DNA of 32,000 nucleotides from an uncultured bacterium (GTDB lineage Bacteria; GCA-001730085): NCBI GenBank assembly GCA_964565945.1, contig CAZMGY010000030.1, positions 30,001 to 62,000 of the forward strand, read 5' to 3'. Shown piece by piece: positions 25,238 to 32,000 of this stretch (position 1 is its first letter; each line of letters starts with the position of its first letter). The notes under the pieces were generated by a model. It saw only the letters and a program-made list of their open reading frames with translations, ran no database searches and was not told where the DNA came from. The position numbers and the translations under genes were made by a program.

Positions 25238-26388
25238 AACGTAGTTTACTGATTCGTTATGGTGAAATTGGCCTCAAAAAAGGCAACCGCTCTTTTTTCG
25301 AAGAATGCCTTAAGCAGAATATTCGCAAAGTTCTGCCTGAAGACGATTCGATTCACATTCGCTTGGGGCGAAAACGTTTGATCATCGACGCCAACACCTC
25401 ACAGATCGAATCGATGACCTCGCGTATTTGCCAAGTTCCAGGAGTGCTTTCAGCGCGACCAGCCTGGCGTTTTGCCAACACATGGGACGCTTGCATCCAA
25501 CACTGGCTGGATCTTATGGAACCCTATGGGCAAGCCCCTCAAAGTTTTGCCATTCGAGCTCATCGCAGCGACAAACGCTTTCCCATGAATAGCCAAGAAA
25601 TCAACCAAGCTTTGGGGGAACTGGTTCTTGAACAACGCCCAAAATGGACCGTTAACCTGGATAATCCTGACCTAACCTTTCATGTTTTAATCACCAATCA
25701 GTACATCTATGTGTCAATGAAAGATATTCCTGGTCCAGGAGGCTTACCTGTTGGTACAGCTGGCAAACTCGGTTTACTTCTCAGTGGAGGCATCGACTCT
25801 CCCGTTGCTGGTTATGCCATGCAACGCAGAGGAGCCGAATTGATTGGCATTTATTTTCATAGCTTTCCCTACACGGGAGATCAAGCCTTAAACAAGGTCA
25901 AAGATTTGCGTACTGTTCTTGGGCAATTTCAAAATACAATGCCTTTGTATGTGGTGCACTTCACTCAAATTCAAGAAGCTATCCGCGATGCTTGTGATCC
26001 CAAGTACAGTGTAATTCTCAATCGTCGCATGATGATGCGCCTGGCCGAACATATTGCTCAACAAACAGGCGCTCTGGGCCTTATCACTGGAGAATCCTTG
26101 GGCCAAGTTGCTAGCCAAACGCTGGAAAACATGGATAATGTTGGAGCAGCCACCCAGTTTCAAATTTATCGCCCCTTGATTGCCACTGATAAACAAGATA
26201 TCATCAGCATAGCTCAAAAGATTGGAACACTAGCTATCTCCAATCGCCCTTTCGAAGATTGTTGTACCTTATTTGTCGACAAACATCCAGTGATTCGTTC
26301 TCATAAAAATAAGATTCTCGAAGAGGAAGCTAAATTAGAGATCGAAACTTTAGTTCAACACGCCTATAAAGCGACAAAGCTTCTTTGA
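25234..26388 (+). CDS. thiI: tRNA 4-thiouridine(8) synthase ThiI, short form without a C-terminal rhodanese domain
   Basis: N-terminal LIRYGEIGLKKGNRSFFE, PP-loop LLLSGGIDSPVAGY, and FEDCCTLF. An ATGA overlap joins it to the desulfurase gene. Confidence 0.9.
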   Translation: MKRSLLIRYGEIGLKKGNRSFFEECLKQNIRKVLPEDDSIHIRLGRKRLIIDANTSQIESMTSRICQVPGVLSARPAWRFANTWDACIQHWLDLMEPYGQAPQSFAIRAHRSDKRFPMNSQEINQALGELVLEQRPKWTVNLDNPDLTFHVLITNQYIYVSMKDIPGPGGLPVGTAGKLGLLLSGGIDSPVAGYAMQRRGAELIGIYFHSFPYTGDQALNKVKDLRTVLGQFQNTMPLYVVHFTQIQEAIRDACDPKYSVILNRRMMMRLAEHIAQQTGALGLITGESLGQVASQTLENMDNVGAATQFQIYRPLIATDKQDIISIAQKIGTLAISNRPFEDCCTLFVDKHPVIRSHKNKILEEEAKLEIETLVQHAYKATKLL

Positions 26389-26594
26389 GCTAAAATTACG
26401 CCACCTACACCTCACGTTGATAAAACTTAATGATTTCGTAAACACGTAAATTAACCGCATCACTCGATTCAAGGTTTGGCAACAACCTCCAATCCTTAAG
26501 AGTTAGTAACTGTCTGCCCCTACAACGTCAAACTTCTCTCGAATGGGGATTTTTTTTTTGCCAATACGTTTTCTAGGAGGCCCGAAACGGCCCT

Positions 26595-27527
26595 TTAGTC
26601 TGCCAGAAAACGCTCCGCTTCCAAAGCCGCCATACAGCCACTTCCCGCCGCAGTGATCGCCTGACGATAGATTTTGTCTTGAACATCACCACAGGCAAAA
26701 ACGCCCTCCACACTGGTGGCTACTGTACCTAGCTGAGGGATCAGGTAACCCGTTTCATCTGTATCGAGCTGTCCTTCCAAAAAATCGGTGTTAGGTTTAT
26801 GTCCAATGGCATAAAACAACCCTCCAGCATCAATCACGGTATCTTCTTGCCTCTGAACATTTTGAACTTTAAGGGAGGTTAAACTCTCTTCCCCCAAGGC
26901 CTCCAATAAACCCGTATTCCACATCACTTCGATTTTGTCGTGCTTAAGCACACGGTCTTGCATCGCCTTGGAAGCACGGAACTGATCACGACGCACCAAC
27001 ATAATCACTTTGCTCGCATACTTGGTCAGATAATGAGCTTCTTCACAGGCCGAATCGCCCCCACCCACAACCACCAAAACCTGGTCACGAAAGATTGGCA
27101 AAGCACCATCACAAACAGCACAGGCCGAAATACCTTTTTGCCAGTAGGTCTCTTCTCCAGGAACCCCCATTCGTTTCGCAGTCGCTCCAGTGGCAATAAT
27201 CAAACTTTCAGCCTTAAGCTCATCCTTACCCACATAGACTTTAAAAGGTCTAACACTTAAATCCACTCGAGTAACCGTTTCGGTCCGCATTTTGGTGCCA
27301 CACGCCACAGACTGTCCACGCATACGCTCCATCAATTCTGGTCCTGAAATGCCTTCGGGAAAACCAGGAAAATTCTCAACGTCCGTGGTGCTGGTTAGCT
27401 GCCCCCCCGCGGCCACTCCTCCAGCCATAAATCCTTCAAACATCAGGGGTTTGAGTTGCGCTCTCCCAGCATAAATCGCTGCCGTATGCCCAGCGGGTCC
27501 AGATCCAATAATAATCACTTTTTCCAT
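26595..27527 (-). CDS. trxB: Thioredoxin-disulfide reductase
   Basis: IIIGSGPAGHTAA (FAD), redox-active CAVCDG, VVGGGDSACEEA (NADPH), and CGDVQD. Confidence 0.92.
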   Translation of the reverse strand: MEKVIIIGSGPAGHTAAIYAGRAQLKPLMFEGFMAGGVAAGGQLTSTTDVENFPGFPEGISGPELMERMRGQSVACGTKMRTETVTRVDLSVRPFKVYVGKDELKAESLIIATGATAKRMGVPGEETYWQKGISACAVCDGALPIFRDQVLVVVGGGDSACEEAHYLTKYASKVIMLVRRDQFRASKAMQDRVLKHDKIEVMWNTGLLEALGEESLTSLKVQNVQRQEDTVIDAGGLFYAIGHKPNTDFLEGQLDTDETGYLIPQLGTVATSVEGVFACGDVQDKIYRQAITAAGSGCMAALEAERFLAD

Positions 27528-27644
27528 GATAAGGTCTCACTTCTATTGATGGGGTTATCTTTCCTCCATTAGTCGCAGCAAGCCAACAAATACTTACTTG
27601 ACAATTCCAGCACACACCCTTGAAAAGCCCGTACCCTTAGATTT

Positions 27645-29228
27645 TTAAGCCATTTTGGCTTGCTGAATCTTATGGCGAATAAAAGACAAGACATTTTTAA
27701 TAGAAATTAGGGTAACTTGCCCTTTATGCATCACAGGAACATGACGAAAACCCCCGAGAGCCATCTGGTTGATCGCATAGCCAATCCGCATAGTATCATC
27801 CAACAGCTTGAACTCACGATTAAGCACCACCTCACCCACGGTTAATCGCTCACGATTCACTTGTTTAAGGGCCACTTTGAGCATAATATCACGCTCAGAT
27901 AAAATACCTTTGAACTGATCGCCTTCATTCACGAGCACAGCACTCACATCACGATTAGTTTTAAATACATCAATTGCCTTCGACATACTTTCTTTTATAT
28001 CCATCGAGGTCGCCTGAACGCCACTATAGATAATCACATCTTCCAAAGGATCACGCATAATACTAAAAATAGGATGCGATCGCACCTTGTTCAAATAGTC
28101 CTTACGTTCCTTAAGAATCGTGTTTTCCAATTGATCATCATCACTATCTTTAAGACGCGCATTTTGACCTCCACGAATTTCACCTCCTTCTTGGTCGACT
28201 TCCCAAAATTCAGATCCATTCAACAAAACTTGCAAATTGCCTTTACCTTTGGTTTCAAAAGCCATTTTTTGTTGTGCTTCCAACTGATCATCGTACGTAG
28301 GACGGCCCTCCACCGAACGGAAAACGCCCATTGGGGTAGGAAAATCGGGATATTGCATCTGCGTCAGCAAGTAGGCATAAGTCGGATCAGGATCATTCTC
28401 ATCATGAACAATTAAATCCGCTTCGGTCACACCATTTTCACCAAGGGTTACCACTTCTGACTTAAGACCATTCATGCGAATCCCTTTATCGCGATCTTTG
28501 CCAAAAATAAGAGGTTGCCCTTGTTCTAACATCAACAAACGATCGTCGCGTACTTCACGTCCTGAAATATCTTCGAAGGTTTTATCGTTAAAAATCACAC
28601 AGTTTTGAAAAATTTCAATAAACGACACACCTTTATGCTCAGCGGCAGCTTTCAGAACTTGGGCCATATGTTTCGGATTAGTATCCAAAGCCCGCGCAAT
28701 AAACGTGGCTTCAGCTGCAATCGAAAAACACAAAGGATTGATGGGATGCTCAATCGACCCCATGGGACTCGTCTTGGTTTTTTTACCAAGCTCCGAGGTT
28801 GGACTGTACTGCCCTTTGGTTAAACCATAAATCCGATTGTTAAATAAAAGAATCGTAATATCTAAGTTCCGTCGCAGAGCATGCATAAGGTGATTCCCAC
28901 CAATACTAAGACCATCACCATCCCCCGTGATCACCCATACATTCAATTCGGGGTTGGCCACCTTAACGCCAGTCGCAATCGCAGGAGCACGCCCATGAAT
29001 GGTATGAAACCCATAAGTGTTCATATAATAAGGGAAACGACTCGAACACCCGATGCCACTCACAACCACAAAATTTTCGCGAGGAATTCCCAGCTCGGGA
29101 AAAACCTTTTGCACAGCACTTAAAATCGCATAATCCCCACAACGAGGGCACCAGCGAACATCAGCACTCGATACAAAATCTTTTTTGGTCAACTTAGGTT
29201 GTTCTTCACTCGCCTTAGTATCTGTCAT
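27645..29228 (-). CDS. korB: 2-oxoglutarate/2-oxoacid:ferredoxin oxidoreductase beta subunit fused to a C-terminal CBS pair
   Basis: RWCPRCGDYAIL, GIGCSSRFPYYM, and the TPP motif ITGDGDGLSIGGNH. At 527 aa it is about 150-200 aa longer than the usual KorB. The extension carries two CBS motifs (next feature). An ATGA overlap joins it to korA. Confidence 0.88.
   Translation of the reverse strand: MTDTKASEEQPKLTKKDFVSSADVRWCPRCGDYAILSAVQKVFPELGIPRENFVVVSGIGCSSRFPYYMNTYGFHTIHGRAPAIATGVKVANPELNVWVITGDGDGLSIGGNHLMHALRRNLDITILLFNNRIYGLTKGQYSPTSELGKKTKTSPMGSIEHPINPLCFSIAAEATFIARALDTNPKHMAQVLKAAAEHKGVSFIEIFQNCVIFNDKTFEDISGREVRDDRLLMLEQGQPLIFGKDRDKGIRMNGLKSEVVTLGENGVTEADLIVHDENDPDPTYAYLLTQMQYPDFPTPMGVFRSVEGRPTYDDQLEAQQKMAFETKGKGNLQVLLNGSEFWEVDQEGGEIRGGQNARLKDSDDDQLENTILKERKDYLNKVRSHPIFSIMRDPLEDVIIYSGVQATSMDIKESMSKAIDVFKTNRDVSAVLVNEGDQFKGILSERDIMLKVALKQVNRERLTVGEVVLNREFKLLDDTMRIGYAINQMALGGFRHVPVMHKGQVTLISIKNVLSFIRHKIQQAKMA
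27648..28076 (-). other. CBS-pair (Bateman) module at the KorB C-terminus
   Basis: IMRDPLEDVIIYSGVQATSMDIKESMSKAIDVFKTNRDVSAVLVNEGDQFKGILSERDIMLKV and TVGEVVLNREFKLLDDTMRIGYAINQMALGGFRHVPVMHKGQVTLISIKNVLSFI. Confidence 0.75.
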
Positions 29229-31063
29229 GACCCAGTCAACTCCTCTATTTTAGCGCAGATTTCCGCCACAGTGAATGGTCGTCCTTGGATTTTATTAAAA
29301 CCAATAGCATCCACCAAATATTCGGCACGAATCATTTTGATTAATTGCCCAGTGTTTAATTCGGGCACAAGCACCGTTTTAAATTGTTTTAAAAAATCCT
29401 TAAGCTCATGAGGAAAAGGAAACAAATGGCGCAAGTGGATACTGCTCACCGATACATCTTGGCTTTTCATTTGTTCCACAGCAGTGGTAATGGTTCCATA
29501 AGTTCCCCCCCAGCCAATAACCAAAAGATCCCCCGACACCTCACCTAAAATATCAAGTGGTGCATAATCATTGGCCATTTTAAGAACTTTTCCTAATCTT
29601 AAATGTGTCATTTGTTCATGATTTTCAAAATCATAACTAACTGAACCTTTTTCATCTTTTTCGAGACCCCCGATGCGATGCTCCATGCCTGGCGTTCCAG
29701 GCAAAGCCAAACGACGCGCTAGGGTTTCGGGGTCACGCTGGTAAGGCACATATGCTTCACCAGGAACAGCCGTCATCACCTCATTCGGTTCAAAACAAGA
29801 GACATCAGGAATTTTCCAAGGCTCAGCGCCATTGGCAATAAATCCGTCCATTAGAATAATCACTGGAGTGTTGTACTTAAGGGCCAAACGAGACGCCTCA
29901 ATAACCGTATCAAAACAATCTGCTGGAGATTTAGCTGCAATCACAGGCAAGGGTGAATCACCATTGCGTCCATACATATTCTGTAATAAATCGCTTTGCT
30001 CTGTTTTGGTTGGCAAACCTGTACTAGGCCCGCCACGTTGAACATCAATAATCAAAAGCGGCAACTCGGTGATCATAGCTAAATTTATAGCTTCGGATTT
30101 TAAACAAATTCCAGGACCACTGGTGGCTGTCACCCCAATTGATCCAGCAAAGGCCGCACCAATTGCCACACCAATACCAGCAATTTCATCCTCAGCTTGC
30201 ACTGTTTTGATACCAAAGTTTTTATGCTTCGAGAGTTCGGCAATCACATCACTGGCTGGCGTAATCGGATAACCTCCAAAAACGATTTGTTTTTGGCTTA
30301 ACTCCGCCACCGTAACTAAGCCCAAAGACAAGGCTTCGTTACCTGTGATTTTACGATAAATTCCGGGTTCCATGGGGGCTTTTCCCACATGATACCTAAC
30401 CCCAATAATTTCGGCAGTTTCTCCGTAAAAATACCCCGTCTTAAGAACCTTAACATTGGCCTCTAAAACATCAGGTTTCTTAGCAAATTTTTTCTCCAAC
30501 CACGCAATAGTGAGTTCCATAGGACGATCATACATCCAATACATAAGACCCAGAGCGAAAAAGTTTTTGCACAATTGTTTGGCCGAAACCTTCAAAGGAC
30601 TTTCTTCGAGAGAATCTAAGGTGAGCTGTGTTATATCAAGGAGAATTAAATTATATTTATCTTGCAAAGCCTCGTCTTCCAAAGGATTGCTTTCATAACC
30701 CGCTTTGCGTAAGTTTTCTTTAGTGAACGTTCCAGTGTTAGCAATCAAAATGCCTTTGTCCAGCAAGTCAGGAAGATTCACCTTGAGTGCCGCAGGATTC
30801 ATCACCACCAATACATCAGGAGCATCCCCTGGTGTCATAATCTTGCGATTTCCAAAATGAATTTGAAACCCCGAAACGCCTGGCAATGTTCCTTGAGGCG
30901 CACGAATTTCAGCAGGAAAATCGGGTAAAGTACTCACATCATTTCCAGCAATAGCACTACTGTGGGTAAACTGCGTTCCCGTTAACTGCATCCCATCGCC
31001 AGAATCTCCAGCAAAACGAATAACAACCGAATCAGTCACTTCTATAGATTTGTGCACAGACAT
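29225..31063 (-). CDS. korA: 2-oxoglutarate/2-oxoacid:ferredoxin oxidoreductase alpha subunit (fused gamma-alpha type)
   Basis: VVIRFAGDSGDGMQLTGTQF, LPDFPAEIRAPQGTLPGVSGFQIHF, GYPITPASD, and the 612-aa length are typical of two-subunit KOR/OFOR alpha subunits. Confidence 0.9.
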   Translation of the reverse strand: MSVHKSIEVTDSVVIRFAGDSGDGMQLTGTQFTHSSAIAGNDVSTLPDFPAEIRAPQGTLPGVSGFQIHFGNRKIMTPGDAPDVLVVMNPAALKVNLPDLLDKGILIANTGTFTKENLRKAGYESNPLEDEALQDKYNLILLDITQLTLDSLEESPLKVSAKQLCKNFFALGLMYWMYDRPMELTIAWLEKKFAKKPDVLEANVKVLKTGYFYGETAEIIGVRYHVGKAPMEPGIYRKITGNEALSLGLVTVAELSQKQIVFGGYPITPASDVIAELSKHKNFGIKTVQAEDEIAGIGVAIGAAFAGSIGVTATSGPGICLKSEAINLAMITELPLLIIDVQRGGPSTGLPTKTEQSDLLQNMYGRNGDSPLPVIAAKSPADCFDTVIEASRLALKYNTPVIILMDGFIANGAEPWKIPDVSCFEPNEVMTAVPGEAYVPYQRDPETLARRLALPGTPGMEHRIGGLEKDEKGSVSYDFENHEQMTHLRLGKVLKMANDYAPLDILGEVSGDLLVIGWGGTYGTITTAVEQMKSQDVSVSSIHLRHLFPFPHELKDFLKQFKTVLVPELNTGQLIKMIRAEYLVDAIGFNKIQGRPFTVAEICAKIEELTGS

Positions 31064-31065
31064 AA

Positions 31066-31539
31066 TTACGCTCCAAACGGCTCTTTGGGCACATCACCCA
31101 AAAGAGGAGGTAAATTCAAAGTTTCTTCGGGGACATGTTCTGCAATAAAATCAATCAAAACACGTACCGAAAGTAGCCCTAAAATCTCACCCTTGTCACA
31201 GACAGGCAAATGCCGAAAGGGTTTCGATCCAAATAAATTCATTGCTTCGGTCACATCAAGTTCGGGATCAACCGTAAACACATTTTGCGTCATAACATCA
31301 CTGATAGTATTAGAGGATGGCAAGTCGGTTCCAATGTAAAGACGCATAAAATCGCGTTCGGTAACAATACCCACCCAAAAAGAATCTTGATTCAGAACAA
31401 GCAAACAACTTCGATTTCTATCTTGCATCAGTCGAATCGAAGCCTCAATCGTATCTGTATCTTGAACAATCAAAGGTTTTTGAAGTGGAAGATGTTTCAC
31501 CTTCTCATGCCAGCAGGGGTGTAATTCTTCGTTTGACAT
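31066..31539 (-). CDS. Stand-alone CBS-pair protein, first gene of the kor operon
   Basis: 157 aa with two CBS motifs (NRSCLLVLNQDSFWVGIVTERDFMRLY and FRHLPVCDKGEILGLLSVRVLIDFI). Its stop is 2 nt before the korA ATG. Confidence 0.8.
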   Translation of the reverse strand: MSNEELHPCWHEKVKHLPLQKPLIVQDTDTIEASIRLMQDRNRSCLLVLNQDSFWVGIVTERDFMRLYIGTDLPSSNTISDVMTQNVFTVDPELDVTEAMNLFGSKPFRHLPVCDKGEILGLLSVRVLIDFIAEHVPEETLNLPPLLGDVPKEPFGA

Positions 31540-31847
31540 AATCGTTTTATTCCATCAAGGCTCATCACCTCATCTTAACACAATCAAACTCTTACATTGA
31601 ACTTAACCTAATAAAATTCAAGTCCAATTGCTCTGATCTTACTCCCCTTTTTCGCAAAGTGCAACATTTTTTCAAAAATTAACTCAAATCAAAAAAGCTC
31701 TCACTCAAAGGAGTGTTTCATCAGCTTACATCTGTAGAAAAACGGTCGACAACCTTACAATAAGCTTCACAGATTTCAACGGATAAACCCACACATTATA
31801 CAGCAAGAAACGCTTGGATCAGCAATCAACCAACGTTTGATTACAAC

Positions 31848-32000
31848 CTAAGTTTTATGATATTTATGACCTTTAAGAATCAAATACGAGCGATAAATCT
31901 GTTCTAATAGAAAAATCCGCACCATCTGGTGGGTGAATGTCATGTCCGATAGAGACATCACGAGATCAGGATTGGGCCACTCCGTGGCATTTAGTCCAAA
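31848..32000 (-). CDS. rlmH: 23S rRNA (pseudouridine1915-N3)-methyltransferase RlmH, C-terminal 50 codons only (N-terminus beyond the right edge)
   Basis: Hand translation of the minus strand gives FGLNATEWPNPDLVMSLSDMTFTHQMVRIFLLEQIYRSYLILKGHKYHKT*. This matches the conserved RlmH C-terminus (S.S..T.pH...R.....E..YRa..I....pYH). It is not in the track because it is under 60 aa from the first Met. Confidence 0.8.
   Translation of the reverse strand, partial: FGLNATEWPNPDLVMSLSDMTFTHQMVRIFLLEQIYRSYLILKGHKYHKT

Noticed and set aside
26389-26594. T10 tract (26550-26559) and the GGCC-n6-GGCC element in the thiI/trxB convergent spacer as rho-independent terminators
   Set aside because: The T-run is preceded only by a 4-bp CCCC/GGGG pairing with a 24-nt loop. 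The GGCC stem is 4-5 bp and is not followed by a T-run on the relevant strand. Neither meets the usual terminator criteria.
31540-31847. 308-bp non-coding stretch between rlmH and the CBS-kor operon, examined for a riboswitch, sRNA, tRNA or small ORF
   Set aside because: I found only a TATAAT (31800-31795, minus strand) with a poor -35, and a 5-bp hairpin with a T6 run near 31700. No conserved riboswitch-like motifs, tRNA features or RBS-led small ORFs were visible by eye. A covariance-model scan (Rfam/Infernal) is needed to settle it.

Overview
AT-leaning bacterial chromosomal window using the standard genetic code: TAA, TAG and TGA all terminate recognisable genes. I saw no rRNA, tRNA, CRISPR array, transposase or integrase.

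Left block (1-4726, minus strand): rnhB, murB, ddl and ftsQ, followed by a signal-peptide coiled-coil protein that runs off the left edge. That gene is absent from the ORF track because it has no stop in the window; I translated it by hand.

Centre (4727-21449, plus strand): two very large co-oriented genes fill about 16.5 kb. The first is an uninterrupted 12.8-kb ORF encoding a 4,267-aa Gln-rich, largely helical protein. It has an N-terminal signal or anchor, several PDZ-like modules, a Ser-rich 33-bp tandem repeat, and none of the usual giant-protein hallmarks. The second encodes a 1,182-aa polytopic membrane protein. It combines a rhodanese domain (CHRGERS loop), a PEP-utilising 'swivel' phospho-histidine domain, and a C-terminal PPDK_N-type ATP-grasp domain. 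This domain order is the reverse of PEP synthase, and there is no PEP/pyruvate barrel.

Right block:
- An orphan 121-aa gene behind a near-consensus promoter.
- A DUF4912-like gene plus a GH57 glucan branching enzyme.
- A perfectly palindromic bidirectional extended -10 promoter.
- A ferredoxin, cysteine desulfurase and rhodanese-less thiI operon.
- trxB.
- A CBS-protein, korA and korB operon in which KorB carries a C-terminal CBS pair.
- The 3' end of rlmH.

The best candidate for an undescribed system is the giant multi-PDZ protein together with the membrane rhodanese-dikinase-like protein. All family calls rest on motifs I recognised by eye; no database search was possible.
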